From a virus (lineage: Duplodnaviria; Heunggongvirae; Uroviricota; Caudoviricetes): 43,233 bases of DNA. Position numbers and translations under genes: made by a program. The notes under the pieces are model-generated. The model had not been told where the DNA came from and ran no database searches. It saw nothing but the letters and a program-made list of their open reading frames with translations. How positions within the stretch are numbered: the first letter of the stretch is position 1; the number at the start of each line of letters is the position of its first letter. This document shows, piece by piece, positions 18,632 to 28,125 of this stretch. Location of the stretch: IMG/VR virus record IMGVR_UViG_2516143027_000009. One strand, 5' to 3'.

Positions 18632-19095
18632 TATTTTCTCTCCATGTGAAATCTGTGGAAATTAAGACCAAGAGCACCATAAGGCGCGGCTTCTTCAAGC
18701 CTGAATCCAAGCCAGTGCAGCCATGCTTTGGCAACATGGTTTCGCTCGTCGACATAGTTTTCCAGGCGCGGATAAACTGCCAGCATCTGCTGCAATACAG
18801 GGCGGCAGTGGCGAAGAAATGTCTTCTGATATTTTTCGATACGACTGGTTCCGACCAGCCAGGGCGTACCATTGCCACCGATCATTGACGCCGGAGATAC
18901 GCCAAACATGGTTACCAGTTCTCCGTTCGCAAATCCTGACCAGGCCATAGTCGCAGTACGCAGACCAACACGCAGCGCATCTTCGGTAGTCATCAGTGAT
19001 ACCGCATACAGTTCGTCAATATCAGCCTGACGAACATCCGGCAAAATCATCTGAAGATGCTCTTCGGTTGCGGGAATAATTTGAACATCGACCAT
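18631..19095 (-). CDS. Internal virion protein (T7 gp13-like position)
   Basis: 154 aa; gene order between the tail tube B gene and the internal proteins. Confidence 0.45.
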   Translation of the reverse strand: MVDVQIIPATEEHLQMILPDVRQADIDELYAVSLMTTEDALRVGLRTATMAWSGFANGELVTMFGVSPASMIGGNGTPWLVGTSRIEKYQKTFLRHCRPVLQQMLAVYPRLENYVDERNHVAKAWLHWLGFRLEEAAPYGALGLNFHRFHMERK

Positions 19096-21566
19096 CAGAA
19101 TCCCCCAACAGTAAGGCGAGGAATAACGGCAAGAACAGACAGCGGCAACGGATCAAGCTGACGGATTTTTACACGTCCGTTTTTGCCCCAGTTACTGTCC
19201 AGTTTCACTTCTACTTTTCCGGTAGCATCATCAACAGGATCATCGTAGAACTCGAATTCACGCTGTGGATATTCGTACCATTTACCGCCGGGCGTAGTCG
19301 CCCAGATGCCGCGACTGGCATTCACAACCAGAGTAACGGACGGGATCACCTGTTTTTTGTCCAGCAGCGTTTCCTGTCCGTTAATGTTGATATCCAGTGT
19401 TTCGAATTCAGCAGTTATTGGCAGGCCGATGTGCACAACAGCCCCAGGTGATTCCAGCGTGACGGCACCTCCGGAAACCACTTTCTGTGGTTCCACGTTC
19501 GCATCAGAGAGGATGTTTACGGTCTGGCCTTCAAGATGAGACAAGCCGCCAAATGTCCGGCGCGCCATCTGCCAGTTCGTGGTGGCCACATTCCTGAGGG
19601 ATGGCGGGACGTTCCTGTTAGCACGAACCACTACAGCGGTATTGCTGGTTACAGAAATAATGTCGCAACGTAATTCTTTTGACACCTCATCGCCAGTATC
19701 AGGATCAGTTCCGGTATAAGGGAACTGTAGTTGCGCGCCGACATCACTACTGGTGAAGTACGCACCACCAGAAACACTGATTGTATATTCCGCGCGGTAA
19801 TCCCATTCGCCAGAACCACCAGTGATGGTCATCGTTCTGTCAGACGTATTTCTTCCATCATAGCTAAGGCCAGAATCAACAAAGAAAGCATCTTCATCGC
19901 TGGTAAATAAACGGCTGGACAGTCGCTCGATGTATCTCACTGTTTGCCCGTTAACGGTTCGGTTAATGACGAAATACACCGCATCTTCATTGCCTTCGCT
20001 GATACTGCATGTGCTTTCATATTTTCCGGTACTGGACTGTGGTGCCCATGCAAAAACCTGTTGATCACGCAGATAGGTCATCACCAGTAATTTACCGTCA
20101 TCACGAATGCAGAAGGCGCTGGAGTAAGGGACAATAGAGAAGCACCAGTCAACAATGCTGTGCTTCTGAAAAAGATGATTGGCAAGGATAGTAAGGTCGT
20201 TCCCCTGATAGCCGTCAACATCGAATGAATAGGCCAGATCACGGACAACACTGCCTTTCTCCTGGACGAACAGAGCAATATTCGCCACGGCAATTGGTGG
20301 GACGTTGCTTGAGCCATTTGATCCCTGAGAGCTGAATGCAAATGATGATGGGGTTAACACTTTGTTCTGGTCGCCGGTGATGACGTACTCACCTCCGGAA
20401 GTCAGCGCCACCAGCGAACCAACATCAATCAGGTGGCGGATCTCATTAACCTGACGCCCGGCATAGGTGTAGATAATTCTATCGTCATCCTGCGTAGGAT
20501 TGCTTTTGCCAAAATCCTTATAATCCCCAGTACGGCTGGCCCAGATAGTCTGAGGGAACGCAGTCGATGCGGCGAAGTAAAGACGCTGTTGATAATAAAC
20601 AACAGTGCCAGGATAACCATTAACACTGTTCCAGGCATATTTAGCCCATTTATAGCTGGCATTATCCTCGCCAACGACCTGCGAAGGGATATAGGAAATC
20701 ACCTCAGCAGTTGCAGTAGTGCCATTTACAGCAGTTATACGGGCAATGCCAAAACCACTGTGCAGATACTCCCACTCAATGCCAGTATCATCATCACCGG
20801 AGCCTCCCCAGCCATCCCATGATGTGCCTTCTGTATGCGAAGGGCGCAAAGTGCCTGTTTTGCCTGCTGTAACGGCGCGATAGTAGTTACTGTCTGCACG
20901 GCGAATATCGCCAATCGACGTACTCTTACTGGTTTCCCATACCGGTACTGAATCCACTGCTGGCTGTTCCAGATAGAACAATTTGCCTACCTGCTCCGCG
21001 CCAAAAATAGAGGCGCTTGCCGTTAACGTAATTGTCCCGGTGCTGGCGCTGGCATAAACCGTCACTGACTCGTCAATATTGATATCTTCAAATGGCCCGT
21101 TCTTCGTTACCACATCAACCAGTTGCCAGTTGTCATGCGCATAGCGGCGCAACTCTTTCGGCGGGTATGCCGGATGAACCAGCGTAAGCACGTCTGCGCT
21201 TTGCGTGAATTTAATTCTGAACAGATCGGCTTCAGTATATGGCGTGGCAATTTCATAAATAACATTGCTGCTGTTCAGCACCAACGCACCATCTTTGATA
21301 ACGCGCATGTACTGGTGTCCGAACTCCAGAGCATAAGTCTGAACCGTCGAGAACTGGAACGGGATCAGGCGGCATTTCCGATTTGGGTATTTGGCGGCAC
21401 CGACAAAACGCGTACCAGGTCGACTCTCAACGCCGCCATACTGCCGCACGATAAAGTTATCGCACTTGCGCAATGCCACCTGGTACTTCGCCATGTCGAT
21501 ACGACCGTACAACGACGGTCCAATCTCACCACCGGCAAAGCTGGGCTGGATCCAACTGATAGCCAT
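19095..21566 (-). CDS. Tail tubular protein B (nozzle, T7 gp12-like)
   Basis: 823 aa; size and position match T7-like gp12 downstream of the gp11-like gene. Confidence 0.65.
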   Translation of the reverse strand: MAISWIQPSFAGGEIGPSLYGRIDMAKYQVALRKCDNFIVRQYGGVESRPGTRFVGAAKYPNRKCRLIPFQFSTVQTYALEFGHQYMRVIKDGALVLNSSNVIYEIATPYTEADLFRIKFTQSADVLTLVHPAYPPKELRRYAHDNWQLVDVVTKNGPFEDINIDESVTVYASASTGTITLTASASIFGAEQVGKLFYLEQPAVDSVPVWETSKSTSIGDIRRADSNYYRAVTAGKTGTLRPSHTEGTSWDGWGGSGDDDTGIEWEYLHSGFGIARITAVNGTTATAEVISYIPSQVVGEDNASYKWAKYAWNSVNGYPGTVVYYQQRLYFAASTAFPQTIWASRTGDYKDFGKSNPTQDDDRIIYTYAGRQVNEIRHLIDVGSLVALTSGGEYVITGDQNKVLTPSSFAFSSQGSNGSSNVPPIAVANIALFVQEKGSVVRDLAYSFDVDGYQGNDLTILANHLFQKHSIVDWCFSIVPYSSAFCIRDDGKLLVMTYLRDQQVFAWAPQSSTGKYESTCSISEGNEDAVYFVINRTVNGQTVRYIERLSSRLFTSDEDAFFVDSGLSYDGRNTSDRTMTITGGSGEWDYRAEYTISVSGGAYFTSSDVGAQLQFPYTGTDPDTGDEVSKELRCDIISVTSNTAVVVRANRNVPPSLRNVATTNWQMARRTFGGLSHLEGQTVNILSDANVEPQKVVSGGAVTLESPGAVVHIGLPITAEFETLDININGQETLLDKKQVIPSVTLVVNASRGIWATTPGGKWYEYPQREFEFYDDPVDDATGKVEVKLDSNWGKNGRVKIRQLDPLPLSVLAVIPRLTVGGF

Positions 21567-22171
21567 CAGGACAACCTCGCAATGGTAAACTCGTCAACCG
21601 GTGGCTGTGGTTCCTGTGATTCATTCTGGCTATGCGAGCCAGCACTAAGAATCACGCGATTGTACATATTGAGGGCAAACGTACCGAGGTCTGCATTCCC
21701 AGTCAGCGCCATGTTAATAGCTGCCGCAAGACGCCAGGCCAACGCCTCCATAAAAATGGCATCAAACATGTTCACATCTGTAACGCGAGAGACATACTTG
21801 AGCCATGCCTGAGGCTGGTCTGTGTAGATCAACTTTCCTGTTCCGTTGGTGTCTACACCTACTTCGTACTGAACGCGCATTGCTGCTGTTGGATTGCGTA
21901 CACCAGGAAGCATAATTTCAGTAATGCGCAGACAATCGGACGGGTACTGATACGCATATTCCCAGTCAGGCGGTGGATTGCTCGTATCTGCAAGCGCCAC
22001 GCGTTTGGTAGCAAAGTTCCAGTCAAAATCAGAAAGCACAGCATCACGGCAGGCCTCAAAGTGCAGCGAACATTCCCCCGCTTCCTTGCTGGCTTCCGTC
22101 AGGCTGTTAATGCTGCGGCTGTTGCCAATATTGGACAGCGCACGATTGCAGATCTCTACTACAGAGGCCAT
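21566..22171 (-). CDS. Tail tubular protein A or adaptor (T7 gp11-like)
   Basis: 201 aa; size and position match gp11-like adaptor. Confidence 0.55.
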   Translation of the reverse strand: MASVVEICNRALSNIGNSRSINSLTEASKEAGECSLHFEACRDAVLSDFDWNFATKRVALADTSNPPPDWEYAYQYPSDCLRITEIMLPGVRNPTAAMRVQYEVGVDTNGTGKLIYTDQPQAWLKYVSRVTDVNMFDAIFMEALAWRLAAAINMALTGNADLGTFALNMYNRVILSAGSHSQNESQEPQPPVDEFTIARLS

Positions 22172-22227
22172 AAGTTTCTATACTCCTGCAATAAAGGGGC
22201 CGAAGCCCCTTGTCTGATTCGCGAGGC

Positions 22228-22572
22228 TTACACGCCCAGTTCTTTACGCTTATCTGCGATCTTCTCGCGGAGCGTTTCGGCTTTGGCGTTATGGTGTGGC
22301 TTCTCGTTAAAGAGCAATTCGTACTCTTCACGGAGCTTATCCAGTTCACCATCATCTGACACATCGTTGATGATTTTGGTGCTGGTTGCTGCCATAGACA
22401 CCTTTCCTGCTACCTTTGCTTTTGCCTGTCTGGCTGCATCGTTAACAGGTTCCAGTGCGCTACCAGGCTCACCTTCGTATTCGATTTCTGCCCCCTCCGG
22501 CCACAGTGTGTTATGGATATGAGAGAGGCGCAGAACGCGGTATCTTGGTTTCTCACCTGACATCGATATCAC
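22228..22572 (-). CDS. Hypothetical structural-module protein
   Basis: 114 aa ORF within the late operon. Confidence 0.45.
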   Translation of the reverse strand: MISMSGEKPRYRVLRLSHIHNTLWPEGAEIEYEGEPGSALEPVNDAARQAKAKVAGKVSMAATSTKIINDVSDDGELDKLREEYELLFNEKPHHNAKAETLREKIADKRKELGV

Positions 22573-22573
22573 C

Positions 22574-23011
22574 TTAACCAGTTACTTTTGAGCGGATCGG
22601 ATACGGCGTATTGGCATCAACATCAAGATTGATACCCGCAGTGAATTTGCCAGCCGTTAGTGGGCCAGTTGCGACGGAGTAGTTAACACGCAGATATCGC
22701 TGAACACCGGCTGGCACCTTTGCAGAAACAACTCGCTTACCTGCTGTCAGGGTGGCCTTTGCCAGTGCGCCACTATCATAAATAGTGGTCCATGAGCTGT
22801 TATTCTCACTCGTCTGCAACTGGATGTTTACAGTTGCCTCACCACTTGCCGTGGCGGCTTCGTTAACCAGCACCCAAAACTCAAGCGGGTAACCCACGCC
22901 GATATCACGACGTTTTCCGTCAATTGGACCGAGATCGATTACGTCAGTAGAAGCCGCGGTATTCGTAACCGCCTGAGCTTCGGAGAACATCAACAGTTTG
23001 TCGGTGATCAT
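22574..23011 (-). CDS. Hypothetical virion protein (possible capsid decoration or minor capsid protein)
   Basis: 145 aa, beta-rich composition, immediately downstream of the major capsid gene. Confidence 0.45.
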   Translation of the reverse strand: MITDKLLMFSEAQAVTNTAASTDVIDLGPIDGKRRDIGVGYPLEFWVLVNEAATASGEATVNIQLQTSENNSSWTTIYDSGALAKATLTAGKRVVSAKVPAGVQRYLRVNYSVATGPLTAGKFTAGINLDVDANTPYPIRSKVTG

Positions 23012-23062
23012 CTTCTTTCTCCATTAGTGGGTCTGTTACGACCCACAGGTTAATAACAGGCG

Positions 23063-24049
23063 TTACACCACGCGGGCTTCTGTTTCCAGAAGCGCATCAG
23101 TTTCACGGATTGGTACACCACGGAATGAAGTCCACCACTCGCCTTCAGTCTCTTTTACGCTGATAGCCAGAGATGTTTTCTCCAGAGACTGCAGATCAAG
23201 AGCCTGGCCTACAGTGCGGTTCATGTAGAACACCGGGCGGCCCATGCCACGGTTTGGAATGCGATGTAGTGCTTTAACCATCAACTTCGCAATATTTGCG
23301 GCAGAGGAAGGTTCTGAAAGATTGCTGACATCGATATTTGCAATGCGAACAACATAACGCCAGTCACGCAGAGAAAGTCCGTTATCCCATTTGTAATGGG
23401 TACGATAGCCTTCGTACTTGCCGCCATTAGCATCTTCCAGTGTCACCTGGCCTTTATCTTCCATCTGGATGCCAGCCTTCTGCCCTTTCGGGAAGATGCC
23501 ATGCACGGTGTTTTCGCCCCACACCACTAACCAGATTGAGGTGTTATCTGTACCCGTGCCACCAGCATCAATGATGTTCTGAGCATTACCCGCAGACAGG
23601 CTGGAATAGCGGGAGGACAGTCCCATAAACTGCTGAGGGTTAACGCTGGAATCACCATAAAACAGCGTCTGCGCCATCTGCTGATTCATCGCTTCAATAA
23701 ATGCGCGGTCTTCAGACAGGCGGAATTCGGCGGTATTGCCGTTCAGATCAGCCAGTGACTTATCGACTTCAGCATAGGTTTCCAACATACCAATGGAATC
23801 GGTGACCTGCACTGTGGTTGATTTGCTTGGTTGTACACCATAGTTCAACAAACGCCAGGTAGCTGAAGGTAAACCAGAACGAATGGTGGTTTTGTGTCCG
23901 GTAGGAAGGTTCCCTTCGACAAAAGGCATATCCTGAAGGATCGGGTTAGTTTGACCGAGAAGCTCGATAATCTTATCGACTTTCCCATCTTTATCGACGC
24001 GCTTACCCCAGTCAGCCAGCGTTAGCGCAGTTAAGCCTTTAACAGCCAT
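23063..24049 (-). CDS. Major capsid protein
   Basis: 328 aa; position after the scaffold gene; composition and size typical of podovirus major capsid proteins. Confidence 0.75.
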   Translation of the reverse strand: MAVKGLTALTLADWGKRVDKDGKVDKIIELLGQTNPILQDMPFVEGNLPTGHKTTIRSGLPSATWRLLNYGVQPSKSTTVQVTDSIGMLETYAEVDKSLADLNGNTAEFRLSEDRAFIEAMNQQMAQTLFYGDSSVNPQQFMGLSSRYSSLSAGNAQNIIDAGGTGTDNTSIWLVVWGENTVHGIFPKGQKAGIQMEDKGQVTLEDANGGKYEGYRTHYKWDNGLSLRDWRYVVRIANIDVSNLSEPSSAANIAKLMVKALHRIPNRGMGRPVFYMNRTVGQALDLQSLEKTSLAISVKETEGEWWTSFRGVPIRETDALLETEARVV

Positions 24050-24063
24050 TGTTATTTCCTCTC

Positions 24064-24765
24064 TTATTTGCCATAGAGCACTTCGGCCGCACTACGCTGG
24101 CCTTCATTACCACCGGTGACCATGCCATCCTCAGACATCGCCTTTCCGATTTTCACGAACGTTTTGACCAGATCAGGGTGATTACCCAGTCCGGTGGTGT
24201 TCAGATATTCTTTGAGTTCAGGTGTCCCGAACTGGTCAAGCGCACGCTGTGCGGCGCTAAGGTTAGAAATCAACTTGTCGCCACCGATTTCTTTGTCAGC
24301 TTTTACATCCGCAGCCCACTGCTCGGTTGTTTTCTGCCAGGCTTCTGCCTGGCGCTGCTGAACACCTGCCAGAATCTTCGGATAAGCATCAACCAGCTTT
24401 TGCGCTTGCTCGTTGGTCAGGTTAAGTTCTCGCGCCACCGGCTCGAATTCCTTCAACGCTTCTGTATCCAGCTCTACGCCTTCGGCTGCCTGAAACTCGT
24501 ACTTCTCAGGCGCACCCTCTGGTTTATCGCCGTCCTTTTTTTCATCCTGCTTATCGTTTTCAGGCTTTTTGTCATCAGCAGGTTTATCGCCATCAGCAAC
24601 AAGTTGTGGCTTATCACCTTCCTGTTGTGATGGATCACCAACTGGAGCAGGGTTATCACCTGCAGGCGCTGACGGTTCTGACGCAGCCGGAGCTGCTCCA
24701 CCATCGACTGGTTGCTCATTGCAAAGACGGCGATACAGCAAACGCTCAAATAAATTCATGATCAC
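24064..24765 (-). CDS. Scaffolding protein
   Basis: Acidic, Pro/Ala/Asp/Lys-rich disordered N-terminal half and helical C-terminal half; between portal and capsid genes. Confidence 0.6.
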   Translation of the reverse strand: MIMNLFERLLYRRLCNEQPVDGGAAPAASEPSAPAGDNPAPVGDPSQQEGDKPQLVADGDKPADDKKPENDKQDEKKDGDKPEGAPEKYEFQAAEGVELDTEALKEFEPVARELNLTNEQAQKLVDAYPKILAGVQQRQAEAWQKTTEQWAADVKADKEIGGDKLISNLSAAQRALDQFGTPELKEYLNTTGLGNHPDLVKTFVKIGKAMSEDGMVTGGNEGQRSAAEVLYGK

Positions 24766-25058
24766 TCCTGTTCACTGGCCTCTTTGGCCATCTTCAAATA
24801 CTGTTCAGGGCAATGCGCCATAACGCGCTGAAACAGTTCCAGCGCCAGATTGCGTTGCCCCTCATTAAATGCCATTGCCATAGCGTCCATCGGTGAGATA
24901 GCGGAAAACACACGGCCTTTCTCCAGCACCGACCAGACAACGCGACGCCCCTGTTCACTGCTCATGACAAAGCGAATGTCATCAATTTCACGCTGCGCCA
25001 TGTCACGTTGCTTACGGGCGTTTTCTTCTTTCAGTTGATCGTCTTCGTAATCTGTCAT
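24762..25058 (-). CDS. Hypothetical protein between portal and scaffold genes
   Basis: 98 aa, start and stop overlap the neighbouring genes. Confidence 0.45.
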   Translation of the reverse strand: MTDYEDDQLKEENARKQRDMAQREIDDIRFVMSSEQGRRVVWSVLEKGRVFSAISPMDAMAMAFNEGQRNLALELFQRVMAHCPEQYLKMAKEASEQE

Positions 25059-26734
25059 TGTGATTGCCCACCCTGACCACTAACTGCATTCGCCATAGCT
25101 GACAACACACTCGGATCCGAAGTTTTAGCTTCGCTTAGCGTCTTGGCCCCCTGTGCCGCCGCCATCCCCATCGCCATCATTTGTTGCTGCTGTTGCTGCT
25201 GTGCCCGTTGCTGGCGAGCCTGCTCAACCTGTTCCTGCGGAACAATGACGGTTGGAGACACTCCGGACATATCAGCGAATGCATCGATCGCCTGATCAAC
25301 GTTGAGTTTGTCGAGAGCTTCTGGTTTCGCTTGCGCAAGTTGACCAATGAAGTTAACCGTGGACGCCAGACTGGACAGGCCGATAGACTTCTGCGCCTGA
25401 GCCATGACGGAAATGTATTCGACCTTCAGGGGCATACCTTCCATCACGTCTGGCGGTGGCGGCAGCATGTTTTTACGCACCATCATCGAGAAAGAGCGGT
25501 CAATGAGAGGATTAAGACATTCGTCGTTCAGACGCTCCAGAACCGGCCCCAACATCAGAAGTTTTTCTTCTTTCATTTCGATCACCGCTTCAACAGGCAT
25601 CGAGCGGGTATTGATGTTCTGCAACATCATGAACAGATCGACAAAGTAGGCGCTGTTAATGATTTGACGAGTGTCCTGAATGTCTGCCACCAAATCTGCT
25701 GTACTGGGGTTAACCAGATAAGCAGGCCTGAAACCATCCTGACCAGTAATCTGATCGATATACGTGATGTCGCCAGGAAGAAGGGAGGCACGCTGATTCT
25801 TGAGGGAAGTCGGAGCAACCATCGGCGGATTGGTGGCTTTATCAATCAACTGCGACTTGCGCTTCTGGAGAAGCTGCAATGCCTTAACAGGTCCAAGCGC
25901 CAGCATACCCGGGCATGATGATCCATAAACATCTTCGCCGTTAACTTCCCAGCGCGGAGCCATAATTGGAAACTCATCGAATCCGGACTCACGCAACAAC
26001 TTGTCGTTATCGCCACAAACCTCGTAATAAACCGATTTGAATGGCTTGTTCTTGCTATCCAGCTTCGATGTATCGCGGTCAATGTTCGGGTAAACCGAAT
26101 GCATCACTTCAATCCACTTCTCGTAGGTTCCGCTTTCCCACATGCTTTTTACGGATTCGCTGACGTTATTTAGCCCGAACTCCTGAACAAGCTGACGAAC
26201 AGTCATAGAGAACTTGCGAAAACAGGTGTCCACACTGCCACGAGGTGAGTTAGCCAGGTAGTAACTGCCTATCGGGAATGGCATTGTGCGAATGATGTCC
26301 TCGTCATCCTCCAGCACCGCCATTGCACCAGTGCTGTATGTGCCGAGGCTTCCGTATAACTGCGGCAGCGACTGATAGAGATTCGACTTATTGAACATAT
26401 CGTTCATGCGGTTCTGCACCGCCTCAAGCCACAACTTAACAGGGCCATAATCCATCATTTCAGGATCTGGCGTAGCCAGGCGAAACCACGGACGCGCGGG
26501 GCTTGTGATGCCTGACATCATGCCGCTGGCGAGAGTGCGCGCCGCCATAGTCCCGGTCGAATCAATAATGCGTGTATTGCGTCGATCGTTACGGTTGACC
26601 TCAGAAGTCAGAAAGCGGGAACCACGCGGGTTGATGTAATCACTCAACTCGCGCCAGTGCGGCTCGAACGACTGACGCTCGCTTTCAAATTGTGCGAACT
26701 GTTTGTTCAATCGCTCTTTAGTTGTTTCCGCCAT
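25055..26734 (-). CDS. Portal protein
   Basis: 559 aa; position after terL; Gln/Ala-rich C-terminal tail. Confidence 0.75.
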   Translation of the reverse strand: MAETTKERLNKQFAQFESERQSFEPHWRELSDYINPRGSRFLTSEVNRNDRRNTRIIDSTGTMAARTLASGMMSGITSPARPWFRLATPDPEMMDYGPVKLWLEAVQNRMNDMFNKSNLYQSLPQLYGSLGTYSTGAMAVLEDDEDIIRTMPFPIGSYYLANSPRGSVDTCFRKFSMTVRQLVQEFGLNNVSESVKSMWESGTYEKWIEVMHSVYPNIDRDTSKLDSKNKPFKSVYYEVCGDNDKLLRESGFDEFPIMAPRWEVNGEDVYGSSCPGMLALGPVKALQLLQKRKSQLIDKATNPPMVAPTSLKNQRASLLPGDITYIDQITGQDGFRPAYLVNPSTADLVADIQDTRQIINSAYFVDLFMMLQNINTRSMPVEAVIEMKEEKLLMLGPVLERLNDECLNPLIDRSFSMMVRKNMLPPPPDVMEGMPLKVEYISVMAQAQKSIGLSSLASTVNFIGQLAQAKPEALDKLNVDQAIDAFADMSGVSPTVIVPQEQVEQARQQRAQQQQQQQMMAMGMAAAQGAKTLSEAKTSDPSVLSAMANAVSGQGGQSQ

Positions 26735-26748
26735 TTCAATGACTCCGG

Positions 26749-26955
26749 TTACTGACCAAGCAGCGTTTTACCGCTGGTATTAGCGGTTGATGTGTCGCCC
26801 TGAGAACCGGTAAGCAGCGTAGAACTACGACCAGCAGCAGCGCGACGGCGACGAGTTTCTTCGTCGCGGGCATCAACAACGGCGGCATCCTGCTCCTGTG
26901 GTGCTGCCTGAACTTCTGGTGTTGCAGGCACTGATGGTGAGCTACCCATGCACAT
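26749..26955 (-). CDS. Small hypothetical protein upstream of portal
   Basis: 68 aa with a plausible GGAG RBS; low-complexity, weak support. Confidence 0.3.
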   Translation of the reverse strand: MCMGSSPSVPATPEVQAAPQEQDAAVVDARDEETRRRRAAAGRSSTLLTGSQGDTSTANTSGKTLLGQ

Positions 26956-27045
26956 ATCAATGACTCCGTACGCAATTAAATCATTACCAATTTAACCACA
27001 TATGATTTATTTATCGTAGATGATTGACATTTAACGCACGAATTA

Positions 27046-27060
27046 TTACCTTTCAGGTAA
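27046..27060. promoter_or_regulatory. Operator-like palindrome TTACC-TTTCA-GGTAA (copy 5), next to a TTGACA hexamer
   Basis: Identical to copy 1; TTGACA at 27023..27028; lies between the portal operon start and the structured region and tRNA. Confidence 0.5.
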
Positions 27061-27382
27061 GTAAAGGATTCATTCCGGTTACTAACCTGACTGGCTTGTC
27101 GTTAAATTGAACAGGTGGAGTGAGCTTTTATTTTGAGCAGTACGGCGTATGGCACATGCGCCGATAGCGGTCTGGATACGTTTAAGGGGCACCCTCCCTT
27201 GCTCGGGCAAACGAACCAGGTAGCCGGAATGTGCAAGTCGAGCGGTTTTATTCCGCGCACGGGGATTCACCATCCCGGCGATTCGGTGTGACGCCTCGGA
27301 AGAGACGAGGGTACAACGATGAGAGCATTTATGGAGCCGCGACAAAGTGTGGCGCCTTAACAGGCTAAGTGCTCTCAGCGTT

Positions 27383-27459
27383 GTGGCATTAGCTCAGTTG
27401 GACAGAGCAACCGCCTTCTAAGCGGTTGGTCGCAGGTTCGAATCCTGCATGCCACGCCA
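27383..27459 (+). tRNA. tRNA-Arg (anticodon UCU), phage-encoded
   Basis: Cloverleaf by eye: acceptor GTGGCAT/ATGCCAC, D-arm GCTC-AGTTGGAC-AGAGC, anticodon stem ACCGC/GCGGT with loop CTTCTAA, T-arm GCAGG-TTCGAAT-CCTGC, discriminator G and encoded CCA. Confidence 0.85.
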
Positions 27460-27503
27460 GAATCACGCCTAAGGACCGTGATGCCAGAAGTTCCAGGTGC
27501 TTG

Positions 27504-27546
27504 GCGGTGATGGTTTCCCTTGAAGGACTATCACCGCCCTTTTTAC
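27504..27546 (+). terminator. Rho-independent terminator downstream of the tRNA
   Basis: Long hairpin GGCGGTGAT...ATCACCGCC followed by CTTTTT. Confidence 0.5.
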
Positions 27547-27619
27547 AGCAGGACGCCATTGCGATGACTTCATGCTGTAAACCAGTACAGCCACGGAAGG
27601 CATAACTCATTGCTTCCAG

Positions 27620-27642
27620 TTCGCCCGGTTCGCCGGGCATTT
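27620..27642 (+). terminator. Hairpin plus T-tract immediately upstream of the 27657 gene RBS
   Basis: GCCCGG-TTCG-CCGGGC followed by T6, then the RBS AAGGTGAG. Confidence 0.45.
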
Positions 27643-27656
27643 TTTAAGGTGAGATC

Positions 27657-28079
27657 ATGAAGACAATTGATATGTTGGCTAAGTATCTAAATGAATGGCC
27701 ATTAAAATATTCTCGTATCGTTCAGGCTGAAGACTGCATTTTTTATGGCGTTTTTGCTGGTAATGAAATGCATTACGAAGTAATTCAGAGTGAGGGACTG
27801 GCCGGGTTAACTCTTAGCGAAGACCATGGTACTAGCGTTACGTACCATGACTGGATTTCAGCGCAGAAAACTGAAATGGAAAAAGGCAATGTGTTTGATA
27901 TTTCTCGCGCTGTATACGCCAAAGAAAAAAGTGATGATGATTACATGCGCGAAAACTTATACAACATGAAGTTACAATGCCTGGCTGAAGTGCTTAGTAA
28001 AAGATCTTTACTTGATGTGGTTGGTGCTGAGCAGGACGCCAAGGCAATCAACGCCGCATTCGATAAAATAACCTTCTAA
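27657..28079 (+). CDS. Hypothetical acidic protein encoded opposite to the late operon (accessory gene)
   Basis: RBS AAGGTGAG; 140 aa; low GC; own terminator; plus strand while the flanking portal and terL are on the minus strand. Confidence 0.6.
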   Translation: MKTIDMLAKYLNEWPLKYSRIVQAEDCIFYGVFAGNEMHYEVIQSEGLAGLTLSEDHGTSVTYHDWISAQKTEMEKGNVFDISRAVYAKEKSDDDYMRENLYNMKLQCLAEVLSKRSLLDVVGAEQDAKAINAAFDKITF

Positions 28080-28100
28080 CGCCGTGACATGTCACAATCA

Positions 28101-28125
28101 GCCCGCCGATTCGCGGGCTTTTTTA
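28101..28125 (+). terminator. Rho-independent terminator of the 27657 gene
   Basis: Hairpin GCCCGC-CGATTC-GCGGGC followed by T7; overlaps the terL stop. Confidence 0.6.

Noticed and set aside
21632-22522. 296-aa plus-strand ORF
   Set aside because: Entirely antisense to well-supported minus-strand late genes, Ser/Arg/Cys-rich with no RBS; frame artefact.
25181-25918. 245-aa plus-strand ORF
   Set aside because: Antisense to the portal gene with low-complexity His/Arg-rich translation; not coding.
26736-26975. 79-aa minus-strand ORF overlapping the 26749..26955 ORF
   Set aside because: Alternative frame of the same short region; at most one is real and neither has strong support.
27383-27459. 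tRNA-Arg as the prophage attachment site
   Set aside because: It sits in the middle of the structural module between portal and terL, far from the integrase, with its own promoter region; interpreted as phage-encoded cargo.
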